Origin: an uncultured virus (IMG/VR IMGVR_UViG_3300013121_000043)
Taxonomy: Duplodnaviria > Heunggongvirae > Uroviricota > Caudoviricetes
Reading direction: 5' to 3' (one strand)
Length of the DNA: 64,000 bases
Virus record (IMG/VR): IMGVR_UViG_3300013121_000043
In this document: positions 50,743 through 63,270 of the stretch, one piece after another
How positions within the stretch are numbered: position 1 is the first letter of the stretch
Layout: every line of letters begins with the position of its first letter
Position numbers and translations under genes: made by a program
The notes under the pieces: model-generated
The model's database searches: none
What the model saw: only the letters and a program-made list of their open reading frames with translations
Told to the model about the DNA's origin: nothing

Positions 50743-53700
50743 ATGCCGGTCAAGAGTCAATCCCAGCTGCGCTGGCTGCGTCAGGCAGAGCGTGATGGTC
50801 GGGTTCCCCCCGGCACGGTGGAGCGCTGGCTCAAGCACACCACGACGCCAATCGAGGAACTGCCCGAGCGTGTGGAGCTGCCGGTCAAGCAGGCCGGTGA
50901 GGAGGAAGCGGCGGCGGGACCGCCCAACTATCGCCCGGCCGTCGGTTCCATGCAGACCTGTGGTAACTGTCAGTCATTCGATGCAGCCACCAACAGCTGC
51001 CAGCAGTTCGCCATGCCCGTCCAGGTGACCGATGTCTGCGATGCCTGGCAGCCCAACCAGTCCCAGATCAGCCAGGTCAAGCTGGACACGTCGGTACTAC
51101 CCCCACCTCCGGATCTGGAGAAGGCGCTGCCTGGCGGCGATATCAAGCTGGCCTCCACGACCCCGGCCCAGGCCAATCCGATCCAGAAGCTCCAGCCCGT
51201 GGGGGCACCAGGGACGACGACGGCACCACGGCCCAACCAGGTGCCCTTGCAGCAGGTCGCGGGGATTCAGCCCCAGCCGCTGCAACCGCAGCCACCACAG
51301 GCACCGCAGCCCGCACCGCAGCCCGCACCGACTCCGGATCCGGCGAGTCCGGTACCGGTGACCAACATCCAGGCGTGGCTACAGCAGTTGAACCGTCTGC
51401 CAGTGACGGGTAACGGACAGTCTCCGCCGCAGCCAGAACCCCAGCCCGGGGTCAAGCAGGCCAACTGGCTGGTGCGGCTGTTGCGTGGACTGAAACCGGT
51501 TGCCAGCGGTACGGCACAGACACTGGGTGGTGCAGCCGCGGGTGCAGGTGTCGGAGCAGTTGTTAACCACTACGCTGGTATTGAAAGTGACCTGGGCCAG
51601 GTCATGACGCCCCTACTTTACGGGCTTGGCGGGAGTGTGATCGGTAATCCAATTACACGACGGCATTTTTACTTTCGCACTCAACAGCCAGAAATGCTGC
51701 GAGCGCTCAGGGAGTTGCCGCCTAACTCCACCGTCAACAAGAGTTTTCTGGATGGTTTCCAGGGGCTGGTACCTGCTTCTAAACTGAAAAGTGCCCTGGG
51801 CACGACGACCGTTGCTGGAGCCATAGCCGGGGGTTCCTGGGCTGCGGATCGTGGTCGACGCGGTATTGATCGTGCCGTAAAAATACTGGAGACAAATCAA
51901 GAGCTCATGGATGATCCGTCGGCGTATCTCCGAAAGAACTTTATTGATCCGGCCATCAAGACGCACGTGAACCCCCAGCTGGACAAGTGGCGTGCCACGG
52001 CCAAGGACGTGGCCATGGAAACTCTGCCACCCCTGACCATCGGCATGGGTGGTAGCCTGCTGGGTGGTCTGGGCGGACTGATGATGGGTTCCAGACTGAG
52101 TCGTCTGGTCTATCCCGTGATGTACGACAACAAGAAGCGCGAGCTGGCTGCCGGGCGTACGCCGCGGACCCTGGGCCTGCTTCTGGGTGCCTATGGTGGG
52201 GCCCTGGGTGGGGGTGCTCTGGCGTCCATGTTTGCTCCCCAGATCCAGGCGTATCTGACCAAGCAGTACAAGGCCTACGCAGGAAACAGTAGCACCCCGG
52301 CCGCGCCCACGCCCCCGGCAGCAAGCAAGCCAGCCGAAGTCAAAAAAGCCGAGGAGTCCCTGCTGACCCGGCGACGTCAGGATGACAGCTGGCAGCCACG
52401 CGTGCGTGTCATGCTGCCGACGACGGAGGGACGCTATCTGCTGGAAAAGCTCAGGAACAAGAAGTATCCCCAGAATCTCAACAAGCTTCGCTTCCCCGGT
52501 GGGGGCGTGGATCTGGGAGAGACGCTGACAGAAGCGGCTGTACGGGAGATGCAGGAAGAGTTGAAGTACAAGCTCAATCCACGGCACCTGCGCTACCGGG
52601 GTCAGGATCCGCGTCCGGGTTACGAAGGTGAGCATTACTTTGAGCTGCCGCGACATACCCTGCGTCCTGGTCGCTACGACGACGCTGTTGGTGGTGATTC
52701 CACGGTGCACCTGGTAGATCGTAAACCAGGTGGGCGCAAGTACATGGGTGCACCCCTGGAACAACTCCTATTGGCGAGTCAGAGACTAAGGACCAAGAAA
52801 GCGGAGGAGCCGCAAACGTACGAATTTCGTGGCAACGTCACAGGTGTTGGCTTGCGCAAGGCACTCCACCAGCTTCTGGAACAGCAGAAACTCCCGGGAT
52901 TGGCTTACAACGACGGTTACACAGACGCCGTTTATGCCACGGTAGGAGGAGATAAAACCAGGCAGGATGAGGTACTGGCGCAGCTGCGTAGTTACCTGGA
53001 TGAGGAAAACAAGGGAAAGTACCAGCTACATCCAATATCTCGACAAGATAAGTTACGACGGATAACCTTACGCCCGGAACACCAGCGACGTATGTTTGAG
53101 CGCCAGGGTTTTACCGAGACGCTGGCCCGAACGGATTTACCGTCAGACTATTTCCAAAACTGGATTCGCGATCGTTACCGATTACAGCCCACGGCACGAG
53201 GTAATCTGTCTGGAAGAGTGCCAGACCGAGCCCGGGAACAGTTGCTGGGGTTGGCTCCCATCTATCCAGAACAACTGGAACGACCGGAAGAGTTTGGACC
53301 TGTCTACTGGCGACAAAAACACCAGCATACCAAGAAGGCCAGCGGCCTGTTTGATTTCGCCATACCGGATCCAAACGCCCTGGTCAAGGCGCGACAGGCG
53401 ATGGAGCAGAAGTTTGAAAAAGAATACCCACACAGCCTGGGTAACAAGCTGCGCTACGCCTGGGGAGCCACGCAGGGGGCGGGTGCTGGTCTGTGGCAGT
53501 CGGCACGGGGAGACTATACCCCACCACCGCCCAAGCCAGCCGTCTTGCCGGATTTTGGCGCGATCTCCTTTAACGATTTCCGTAACGTCATGCACGGACA
53601 GGGAAATCCGGAAACACGCCAGTTACTGGACAGGGCACTGCAGCCGGTCTATCACAACACCGGCTACCACCGTGGTGCCGACTGGGCTCGCAAGACATTT

Positions 53701-53826
53701 GATCCCGTGACCCAGTGGGTACGAAAGAACCCGGGACTCTCCGCGGGAATCGGCGGAGCTGGACTCCTGGGGCTGACAGGACTGGCAGCCTGGATGAGAC
53801 CTGCAGAGGACGAGGACGATGCGTAA
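50743..53826 (+). CDS. multidomain probable virion polyprotein (Cys4 HiPIP-like, Gly-zipper, NUDIX, acylphosphatase-like)
   Basis: Nudix box GGGVDLGETLTEAAVREMQEEL; CGNC..C..C; FRGNVTGVGLRK; domains separated by K-x-A motifs. Confidence 0.8.
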   Translation: MPVKSQSQLRWLRQAERDGRVPPGTVERWLKHTTTPIEELPERVELPVKQAGEEEAAAGPPNYRPAVGSMQTCGNCQSFDAATNSCQQFAMPVQVTDVCDAWQPNQSQISQVKLDTSVLPPPPDLEKALPGGDIKLASTTPAQANPIQKLQPVGAPGTTTAPRPNQVPLQQVAGIQPQPLQPQPPQAPQPAPQPAPTPDPASPVPVTNIQAWLQQLNRLPVTGNGQSPPQPEPQPGVKQANWLVRLLRGLKPVASGTAQTLGGAAAGAGVGAVVNHYAGIESDLGQVMTPLLYGLGGSVIGNPITRRHFYFRTQQPEMLRALRELPPNSTVNKSFLDGFQGLVPASKLKSALGTTTVAGAIAGGSWAADRGRRGIDRAVKILETNQELMDDPSAYLRKNFIDPAIKTHVNPQLDKWRATAKDVAMETLPPLTIGMGGSLLGGLGGLMMGSRLSRLVYPVMYDNKKRELAAGRTPRTLGLLLGAYGGALGGGALASMFAPQIQAYLTKQYKAYAGNSSTPAAPTPPAASKPAEVKKAEESLLTRRRQDDSWQPRVRVMLPTTEGRYLLEKLRNKKYPQNLNKLRFPGGGVDLGETLTEAAVREMQEELKYKLNPRHLRYRGQDPRPGYEGEHYFELPRHTLRPGRYDDAVGGDSTVHLVDRKPGGRKYMGAPLEQLLLASQRLRTKKAEEPQTYEFRGNVTGVGLRKALHQLLEQQKLPGLAYNDGYTDAVYATVGGDKTRQDEVLAQLRSYLDEENKGKYQLHPISRQDKLRRITLRPEHQRRMFERQGFTETLARTDLPSDYFQNWIRDRYRLQPTARGNLSGRVPDRAREQLLGLAPIYPEQLERPEEFGPVYWRQKHQHTKKASGLFDFAIPDPNALVKARQAMEQKFEKEYPHSLGNKLRYAWGATQGAGAGLWQSARGDYTPPPPKPAVLPDFGAISFNDFRNVMHGQGNPETRQLLDRALQPVYHNTGYHRGADWARKTFDPVTQWVRKNPGLSAGIGGAGLLGLTGLAAWMRPAEDEDDA

Positions 53827-55702
53827 AGACGCCGACAACGAACAGAACAACCCCTCTCCGGTCAAGCCAGAAGCGCCGAAGCCGCCCCAGGCTCCGGTCA
53901 AGCCGGCCCTGCCCGGTGGTCCAGCCCAGCCTGGAGCTGCCAGCGTCCGGCAGGCCCTGCCAGGTACGGTACGGATCAACAACACCCCGGACCGTGGGCG
54001 TATCCGCCCCAACACGGCGGAGAACATTCTGACCCCAACCCCGAATCCCGGGGGTCGACCGCTCCCCTCTGGCATCACGATCAACTACGGTACGCCGGTA
54101 CGCTTCCCCCGTCGCCGGTTTGCCGGTCGTCGTGTCTTCCCCGTGCTACCACAGGCTGCCCTACCGCAGGTGGCAGCACCACCCCCGGCTGCGCAGCAAA
54201 ACCCACCCGTACCGCCCCAGACCAACCCCTATACCCCTCCCCCGCCGGCAGGTTCGGGACAGAACCCCTACGGTACAGGTAAGCCACCGGCAGCCCCACC
54301 CATACCACCCCAGAACAATCCGTACGCGTCACAGCCGATCGCGTCCAGCAGCCCACCACCTCCTGTCTTCGCAGCACCCCCGGGACAGTCTCCGCCTGGT
54401 CAGTCCATCGGGGGGCTGTCGGCCCAGCAGCAGGCCCAGATTGCGGCGATCCGCCAGAGGTTGCAGGGTGTTTCCAGACAGCGCCAGTGGGGCCAGCGAC
54501 CCGTAGCGCCCCAGCAACCACCTGTCGCACAGCCACCCCTGTACCCGGCACGTCCTCAGGCTCCTGCAGAGCCCCAGACCAACACACCGGCACCACCGCC
54601 GCCCGAGGTTATCGCCCAGCGTCAACAGCTTGTCGAGCAGGAGCTGGAGCGTCGTCGTCGTCAGGTTGCCCTGCAGATGGGGCAGTTCAATCAACCCTAC
54701 GGTAAAAACTGGCAGGTACCCATGCACCAGCAGATCCTGAGCAATCCCCACCTGGGCGGTAACCATCCACTGATCGCGGCGTACCGCAATCTCTGGCACC
54801 CGGATGCCGCCAAGGTCATGTACTACAACACGTATGGAGAAAAGCAGGGTTTCACCAAAACAGCAGGCCCTGCTACGCATAGTGGGCCTTATACATACGC
54901 GAACCAGGCATTTGGTATACCTGTACCAGCGAAACCAGCAGAGACACTGCTGTTACCAGCCCCAAAACCCGCTCCAGCGCCCGCTCCAGCACCTAAAGCG
55001 ATATTAGGTGATTTGTTAAAAGGTAAATCACCACTAGGATCGCCGTTGTGGTTGGCAGAACACGGTAGTCACAGTGGTATGTATCTTGGTCAGATTACTC
55101 CAGAAACGGGACTACCTGCCACCCCTTTTGAAACGCCCTTGAAGCATACAGATATGAAAATTAATCCAAGAGTGGTACCAGAGGTTAAGGGTCAAAATTG
55201 GACTATGCGTGCTCCATCCGGGTGGGAAGGTATTCAGGGACGTACTGCTTCCGGCAAAGCTCCCTGGTATGGAAGGGCGGCTAGCAGGATAACTAACGCA
55301 CCGCTTCATAGAAAAATTATTGGAGGCGGCGCTGGGGCGATAGCCGGTGTTAGCTTATTGCTGAGCTTATTTGCCGATAAGCTTAACCAAAACGGAGCAC
55401 GCCATCCTGCCTTTGATAAGAGAGATTCTGGGACAGCAGGGGTAGGTACTACGGCTTCTCCCGTCGCGGCAGATAGCCCTGCTAACGCTAACCAGGGATC
55501 TTCGTTTGACTGGAAGAGCCTGGCGCCCTGGCTCCTGGGAGGCGGTACCTTGGCGGGCGGTGGAGCCCTGGCGATGTATCTGGCCAACCAGAAGAAGGAC
55601 GACAAGAAGAAAAAGGACGACGAGGAAGACGACAAGGAAGAAACCCATACGGACGCCCTGGCACGAGCGTTACGTGCACGCATCCGTCGCTTCCGTGCCT
55701 AA
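53819..55702 (+). CDS. Pro/Gln-rich probable virion protein
   Basis: Coupled ORF; KTAG motif; Gly-rich hydrophobic helices; charged tail. Confidence 0.75.
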   Translation: MRKDADNEQNNPSPVKPEAPKPPQAPVKPALPGGPAQPGAASVRQALPGTVRINNTPDRGRIRPNTAENILTPTPNPGGRPLPSGITINYGTPVRFPRRRFAGRRVFPVLPQAALPQVAAPPPAAQQNPPVPPQTNPYTPPPPAGSGQNPYGTGKPPAAPPIPPQNNPYASQPIASSSPPPPVFAAPPGQSPPGQSIGGLSAQQQAQIAAIRQRLQGVSRQRQWGQRPVAPQQPPVAQPPLYPARPQAPAEPQTNTPAPPPPEVIAQRQQLVEQELERRRRQVALQMGQFNQPYGKNWQVPMHQQILSNPHLGGNHPLIAAYRNLWHPDAAKVMYYNTYGEKQGFTKTAGPATHSGPYTYANQAFGIPVPAKPAETLLLPAPKPAPAPAPAPKAILGDLLKGKSPLGSPLWLAEHGSHSGMYLGQITPETGLPATPFETPLKHTDMKINPRVVPEVKGQNWTMRAPSGWEGIQGRTASGKAPWYGRAASRITNAPLHRKIIGGGAGAIAGVSLLLSLFADKLNQNGARHPAFDKRDSGTAGVGTTASPVAADSPANANQGSSFDWKSLAPWLLGGGTLAGGGALAMYLANQKKDDKKKKDDEEDDKEETHTDALARALRARIRRFRA

Positions 55703-55721
55703 CTTTTGCCCGAGGTGATTC

Positions 55722-56675
55722 ATGGATGCGCTGGGTCAGGCCCTGCACGCCCGGTTAACCGGCAGTCTTCAGAAGCGAGCCATCTCGGTCGTGGACCTGT
55801 ACAAGGGCAAGGCCAGCGATGATATCTCGCCGTACGATAACCGCGTGCCCGCGCTCTCCTACAACAAGGCCCTGGCCATTGCCAGGGCGATGGAGGCAGC
55901 GTCCGAGCACGACGCCCTGAAGAATACGCGTGTCACCCTCGGCGGTGCCCAGTATTCCGACATGGTCAAGCGCGTCCGCCAGAACCCACGCAACTGGTGG
56001 TGGACCAAGAAGACGTTCCAGCGTCCCGAGGAGTTCCCGGATCGTCTGCGCGATTCCGGGGATTACTTCATGCCGCTGATGGACGACGTGGCCCTACCTT
56101 CACGCAGCCCCGGTATCCTGGTCCACGAGCTGGGCCACGCTGTGGATATGAACGGCTACCCGGCTGACTCGAGAGTACGCGCCCTGGGTGGTGCTGTCTA
56201 CGAGCGGTTCGCACCCATGCTCTGGACCGAGCATGCAGCCTGGCGCAAGGGTGAGGATCGCTTCCTGCGTGGCTCGGCCAGGCACAAGCTGGATCCCAAG
56301 CTCGTCCAGCAGACGCTCCAGTCGATCCGTCAGACCAAGCCAGCGGGCCTGGGCAGCTACTGGGGAGCCTCGCTGGGCGGGTTTGGCGGTGCCTTCGCCG
56401 GGGCCTATGGCTCCAGGCTGATCAATCCGACCATGCCACGGGGCGGGCAGATCTTGACCAGCATACTGGGATCCCTGATCGGCTCGGGCCTGGGAGCCGG
56501 GGCCGGCTTTACCCTGGGCCGTCTCTGGGGCAGTCGCGACTCCCTGGCGGATGAGAAGGCCCAGGAGCAGTACCTGCGCCAGTATGCTCACACCTACGCC
56601 CAGGAGCACAACGTCACGCCGGACGCCGCCCTGCTGGCTCTGCAGAAACGTCTGAAGCGCAAGCCACGCAAGTAA
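55722..56675 (+). CDS. zinc metallopeptidase-like protein with a Gly-zipper
   Basis: ILVHELGHA plus downstream EHAAW. Confidence 0.75.
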   Translation: MDALGQALHARLTGSLQKRAISVVDLYKGKASDDISPYDNRVPALSYNKALAIARAMEAASEHDALKNTRVTLGGAQYSDMVKRVRQNPRNWWWTKKTFQRPEEFPDRLRDSGDYFMPLMDDVALPSRSPGILVHELGHAVDMNGYPADSRVRALGGAVYERFAPMLWTEHAAWRKGEDRFLRGSARHKLDPKLVQQTLQSIRQTKPAGLGSYWGASLGGFGGAFAGAYGSRLINPTMPRGGQILTSILGSLIGSGLGAGAGFTLGRLWGSRDSLADEKAQEQYLRQYAHTYAQEHNVTPDAALLALQKRLKRKPRK

Positions 56676-56752
56676 GCTACGCCCGGCGTAGCTTCGCAGT
56701 ATTGCCACGACTTATACTGACAGACAGAGCCACCTCCCGGGAGAATCGACCC

Positions 56753-58000
56753 ATGCCCCTGCCTCGCTCGTTGACTCAGACTGGTCTGGACTGGAGTGAC
56801 CTGGTCAAGGTTGCGGCAGCTCCTCCTACACCTGGACCTCTTCTAGAGCCACCAGGCACGACCAAGAAACAGGAACCCGCGGTTATTGCGGGAGGAAAAG
56901 GAGGCGGTAACAAGCCTGTCACAGAGCCTTTCGGAGGCGGGAAAGAAAAAAACTCAAAAGATCCATCTCCCGGTGGGGCAGTCGGGCAAGGTAGTTCGGC
57001 GGCTATGACACCGGCGCTTGGAGCCGCGGTCGGGCCTGTCGGCCGGCTGTTATCGAAAGATATCGCGGAAGGAAAAGATGGCTCTCCCTACAAGCACCCG
57101 CAGCCAGAAGGACCACAGCCAGAAGGACCACAGTCCGGGGTCTGGCCGTATCTGCAGCAGCTGTGGCAGAACCCGTACGTGCGCTACGGCGTACCCGTAG
57201 CCGGTGGTGGTCTGGCTTTGTATGCCCTGTACCGGATGATGGCGGGCCGAGGTCGACGACGTCGCGATGATGACGACTATAAGTACGCGTCAGAGCGGCT
57301 GCCGCCTGGCAAGGACATCGTCGATATGGATAGCACAGGAGCTGCGCTGGCGGATTATTTTACCCCAGGTGCCTGGGGTGGTGAGCGCGCTGGCCGTATA
57401 GAAACGCTGGCCAGGGCCATGGGCGAGCCTACCACATTTAACGTGAAACACCCGAGTACGCACGCCGTACTGAGTGGGTTGGGCGGCGGCCTGGGCGGTG
57501 CGGTCATTGGTGGTGGGTTGGGTGGCTTACTGGGTCACCTGACTGTTGGCGGCCCACACGGTACCTTACCTGGGCTGGCTGTTGGAAGTATCGGTGGCAG
57601 CGTGTTGGGAAGTCTGGCCGGCGGTCTTCTGTCCGGAAAAGGTCGTCGTGAGGAGATGAAACGGGTTGTGGATCTTTATGATCAGACCAGAAAAAACAAA
57701 AAGAAGAAGTTGAATCTTGCTGACCCAGAGTTGTCTTTGCTCTCTGCCATCTTTTTACCAGGACGCGGACCGCATCGTACAGGACAGCTTGAGACGGCCA
57801 GAACTCTGCGTGGTGAGAAATCTATCGACGAACAGCGTGATGGGTTCCGCGATCTTGGCTATCTTGTGAAAAGTATACCTTATGGACCCAAACAAGTTAT
57901 GCCGGCAGTAGGCACGGCTGCGTTACTGCACGACTACCTTCAAAATATTCGTACACAACGCGAAGCTGGGACAGGCAAGGGCCGTTCTTCTCCGGGCTAA
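56753..58000 (+). CDS. Gly-zipper probable virion protein
   Basis: GGAG RBS; KVAA and KYAS motifs; GxxxG repeats. Confidence 0.75.
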   Translation: MPLPRSLTQTGLDWSDLVKVAAAPPTPGPLLEPPGTTKKQEPAVIAGGKGGGNKPVTEPFGGGKEKNSKDPSPGGAVGQGSSAAMTPALGAAVGPVGRLLSKDIAEGKDGSPYKHPQPEGPQPEGPQSGVWPYLQQLWQNPYVRYGVPVAGGGLALYALYRMMAGRGRRRRDDDDYKYASERLPPGKDIVDMDSTGAALADYFTPGAWGGERAGRIETLARAMGEPTTFNVKHPSTHAVLSGLGGGLGGAVIGGGLGGLLGHLTVGGPHGTLPGLAVGSIGGSVLGSLAGGLLSGKGRREEMKRVVDLYDQTRKNKKKKLNLADPELSLLSAIFLPGRGPHRTGQLETARTLRGEKSIDEQRDGFRDLGYLVKSIPYGPKQVMPAVGTAALLHDYLQNIRTQREAGTGKGRSSPG

Positions 58001-58024
58001 CACGCCTAGCTACCAGGAAGCATC

Positions 58025-60322
58025 ATGAACCTGACTGACCCCGACCTGGCGTTTGTACACGGCTTCTGCCAGCGCTGCTTTGAACTTGGCCTGGATGATC
58101 TGCAGATCGCCCAGGCCATGGACAAGGCCGCGTCGTCGAATCCTGGATTGCGTCAGGTGTTTGTCAAGGCGGCTCAGGAGCCGTTCTTGCCAGGACCTCG
58201 ACCTCCGGCACAGATGCCAAAACTGGAGCAGATTAACAACAAACCACCTGTGATTCCCCGAGCAAACGACGCAGAAGCACCTCCGACCGATTTTGGTCCA
58301 ACACCGCAGTTAAAAAATAGACAGATTGTCCCACAAGGCATTAAAAATCCAGCTGCGCGTATGGCAAGCTATACCGATGTAGCTCCAGAGGGAGTGCTAC
58401 AGATGGGTATCAGCAACTGGCCAGGTGCTGCGTTACGTCTTGGCTTACAGGGGTTACGTACTATAGGTTCTGTTCCCAAGGGTGCCTGGGGAAGATTGAT
58501 GCGTCTTGGTGGGAACGGTGGCTCGGTACTTGACGCCACGGGGCGAGCTTCAGCAGTGGGGCAAGCAGGGGCCTCAACTACAAAAGTCATGAATATGGCC
58601 CAACTGGCGACAACGGCAGAGCAGGCTGCTGCACGCGGCACGGTCGGCACAGGGGCAGCTCGTACCTGGGGGCAGTACGCCAAGGATATGGTGACAGCTC
58701 CTTTCAAGTATACGTACAATAACCCGGGTGCCGCCGCGATGAACAGCTTGAAGTGGACAGGCGGCGCACTTGCCACCGGCACAGGCCTTGCTTTTGCGGG
58801 TATGACCAGTAAGGGTCTGGGTGATCAAACGAATAAGAAAACAATATTCAGTTCCGTTCCTGATATGATCGGCGGGCTTTATGACGATGCGACATCGTTT
58901 AAGAATCCTCTTCCAAGGCTAGCCGCAAACTGGCGTCAAGATCATAAAACTATTCCTCAGCTCATGGAGGCCATGGCCACGATACCGAGAGGACTCGCGG
59001 CTGTAGACAAGGATAAGTACACTGCAGAATTTACTAAAAGATTACATTCTGTAGGTATTACACCGCAAACAAACCCACAGCTATACGAGACACTGACAGC
59101 ACAGGCGGCTACTGGAGACGAACAAGGGCTGGTCGAGACGCTGGACCATCTGAAAAAACAATATCAACAGTGGGAGACTACACCAAGATCTGACGCAGAA
59201 GCTAACACGCAGGCGCAGTCACAGATTATTGTTCGTAACCAGGCGTTAGAGGGTAACACCAAAGAACAGCAAATACAGGCGTTCGAGGAGATGCTCCCGC
59301 AGTGGAAGCAGTTCAGAGACGCCAGTAAGATCAAGCTTGATCGGTTGGACAGTAAACAGCAGGCGGACTACCGGGTCAAGCTGGATACCATCCAGAAAGA
59401 TCTGATAAAACAGTATCAGACCAACCCGAACGCGGATTCTACGGACCTGGCGTACAAGTTGACCACACTGGCAGGTTTGAGCTTCCAGTTAACAGCGTCC
59501 GACCTGGGTGCGACCGATATCAACCAGGTTCTCTCGGCCCTGAACAGTCAGGATCCGAAGGTGCGTCAGCACGTTATGGGCATGTTTCAGCAGAATCCTG
59601 ACGTGCAGCGACGCGTCCAAGACTTGTTACAAAAGAACCCGCGCACGCCTCCTGCCATAGCCTTGGGCGATGTATGGAACGGCCTGGGTCAGGCGTTTGG
59701 TGGTCTGGGACAGGCTCTTGCGGTTGGCGGCATGGGCTTGAGCTTGATCGGCCTTCTCACCATACTCTTTGGCGGCAATCTGGTGGGTGGCCTGGGTATG
59801 GGTGTGGCTGGTCTGGCCATGCTGGGTGGTGCCATGTCCGGGCTACCCGGGGGCATTACCGGAACAATCCAGCAGTTCATGAGCGGGCAGGAGCCCACAC
59901 CGCTGACGGCGCGTGTCCCGGGGCAGCAGCCACAGCAACAACCCATCCAAATTGACCAGGCAGGCCTGGCCAAGTTTGAGGCTCTACAGCCCACGCAAAA
60001 GTACCAACAGATAGCCCAGTTATTACAGCAGGGCCAAGTGGATGCAGCCAAAACCTACCTGCGTGCTATGATGGCCAAGATGACTCCGGAGCAGTTAGCT
60101 GAGCTGGAAAAGAATCAAAACGAGTTGAGCAGGCCCGTGCCGGGTGGACCGAAACAGACAGGTCCGCGACTGGCTGCGGCGTGGACAGGGATCCCTGAAC
60201 CGTTTATCACACAGATGCGGCAACACGATGTCGTCAACGATCCGGAGATGCGACGCTGGGCAGAGGCGTTGCTGTTACACAGGGAAAACGATACATCGGC
60301 TCCGCCAGTTTTGTGGCAGTAA
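58025..60322 (+). CDS. large probable virion protein with TM/Gly-rich segment
   Basis: AFVHGFCQRCFELGL...DKAA, VKAA; hydrophobic Gly-rich hairpin. Confidence 0.75.
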   Translation: MNLTDPDLAFVHGFCQRCFELGLDDLQIAQAMDKAASSNPGLRQVFVKAAQEPFLPGPRPPAQMPKLEQINNKPPVIPRANDAEAPPTDFGPTPQLKNRQIVPQGIKNPAARMASYTDVAPEGVLQMGISNWPGAALRLGLQGLRTIGSVPKGAWGRLMRLGGNGGSVLDATGRASAVGQAGASTTKVMNMAQLATTAEQAAARGTVGTGAARTWGQYAKDMVTAPFKYTYNNPGAAAMNSLKWTGGALATGTGLAFAGMTSKGLGDQTNKKTIFSSVPDMIGGLYDDATSFKNPLPRLAANWRQDHKTIPQLMEAMATIPRGLAAVDKDKYTAEFTKRLHSVGITPQTNPQLYETLTAQAATGDEQGLVETLDHLKKQYQQWETTPRSDAEANTQAQSQIIVRNQALEGNTKEQQIQAFEEMLPQWKQFRDASKIKLDRLDSKQQADYRVKLDTIQKDLIKQYQTNPNADSTDLAYKLTTLAGLSFQLTASDLGATDINQVLSALNSQDPKVRQHVMGMFQQNPDVQRRVQDLLQKNPRTPPAIALGDVWNGLGQAFGGLGQALAVGGMGLSLIGLLTILFGGNLVGGLGMGVAGLAMLGGAMSGLPGGITGTIQQFMSGQEPTPLTARVPGQQPQQQPIQIDQAGLAKFEALQPTQKYQQIAQLLQQGQVDAAKTYLRAMMAKMTPEQLAELEKNQNELSRPVPGGPKQTGPRLAAAWTGIPEPFITQMRQHDVVNDPEMRRWAEALLLHRENDTSAPPVLWQ

Positions 60323-60394
60323 CAACATAATTGTCACAACATCCGCCAGACTAACCCCTGACGGATGTTTTGTTGTCAATAACGCGAGGCGGAC

Positions 60395-60702
60395 ATGACC
60401 AGCGACGAGATCCTTACCCGGCTCACCCGTATCGAAGAGAGTCTGGAACAACTGAAGCAGCAGCTAGGCAGTGAGCCAGAACCTGCCAAGCCCCGAACCG
60501 AGTACCTGTCCCTGAGCCAGGCTGCCAAGGAAACGGGCCTGAGTTACGCCACGCTACGTCGGGCCATCCATCGCGGGCATCTACGTGCCTTCAATATCGG
60601 CGTTGGATCCCGGCGACCTGTGTACCGCATCCAGCGTGAGGATGTGGAGCAGTTCTTGTCGCGCAAGAGTACCCAGAACGAGTTCAGCCAGTTCCTGGGA
60701 CT

Positions 60703-60706
<4 letters not shown>
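60395..60706 (+). CDS. xis: excisionase-like HTH_17 DNA-binding protein
   Basis: [45 protein letters not shown]; near the integrase. Confidence 0.8.
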
Positions 60707-62076
<1,370 letters not shown>

Positions 62077-63166
62077 CCTTAGTTTGCTCCTGTTGGGAAA
62101 GGCCCTGGACAGCGATTCTGCTAACCTCCTGTGAATCCCGGACAGAAAGATGGACATAGCGCTGTGCCATCGTCAGGGATGTCCAGCCACCCAGTAGCTG
62201 CAGTTGTGGGCCTGTGCAACCCTCGCGTGCCGCCGCAGTCAGAATCGTGTGTCGCGTGGAGTAGGGAACAAGGTGCTCGCCGTTGCCATCCATTCCAAGA
62301 CCGATCCGCTTCCTGGCCCGGCGCAGGGCGCGAGAGAGATAGGTTCGATCAAAGGGCTTATTGGTGACGTGATTGAAAAAGACATAGCGGGAATGACAGG
62401 CAGGCTGACCCTGACGCCGACGCAGCAGCTCCAGCACACTGGGCGGAAACGGAATGATGCGTGGAGCCGGCTGCTTCTGCGTTTTGCGCGTCTTGTGTTC
62501 ATGGTACAGCCACAGACTGCGCTCCCAGTCCACGCTCTCCCAGGTCAGCAGCCGCGCCTCGCCGGGTCGGGCCGAGGTGTGCCGACAGATGAAGAACATG
62601 TCCCGCGCATCTGTAGACTTGAGCGCGGTATACAGTCGCTCAAACTCGCTCACGGTCATGACCCGCTGGCGGTTCTCCCAGGGCAGGGAGGTCAGGGCCA
62701 CGAAGGGACTGGGGCCAGGAATCAGCCGCAGCTGGATCCCCCAGTTGAGCACCATGCGCAGGCTGGCCAGGATGGTGTTGACCGTGTTGTTGGTCTTCTT
62801 CTCTTGCAGCAGGAAGTTCTGCCAGCGCGAGAGTTCCAGGGCGGTGATGCTGCTGACGGGAGGATTGCCAAAAAACTTGACCGCCTGGCGGAGAAACTCG
62901 CGCCGACAGCGGATGGTGTAGGGAGCCAGATGCTGCTGCTTGTGCTCGGCGTAGCGGTCGATCAGTGTCTTGAGTCGGATCGTTTCCAGACTCTCGGCTT
63001 GCTGCTCCAGCTGTGGCTTCTTCCGCTTGAGTGCCTGCATCGCCTCTTGTCTGGTGGCTCCCAAAAACTGACGGCTACCGCCGGCATCCGTGTAGTAGCC
63101 ATCACGCCAGAAAAATGGCCTGGCCTTGCGTCCCATGAGTCCACTCCTTTGCAGGGAAGCACGCTC

Positions 63167-63194
63167 ATTGTAGCGCGTGCTATCTTGTTGTCAA
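63167..63194 (-). promoter_or_regulatory. sigma70-type promoter of the int-sigma operon
   Basis: TTGACA-N16-TACAAT on the minus strand. Confidence 0.7.
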
Positions 63195-63270
63195 TTCATA
63201 ACTTAAGTAAAATAGTGCCAGGGTCTCACCCCGGCAGCCAGTCTAGACAGTTGTGGGCAATTGTGTACTC

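Noticed and set aside
56699..56725. Minus-strand GGCAATA at ~56700 and ~17131 as promoter copies
   Set aside because: No TAAA at the required spacing
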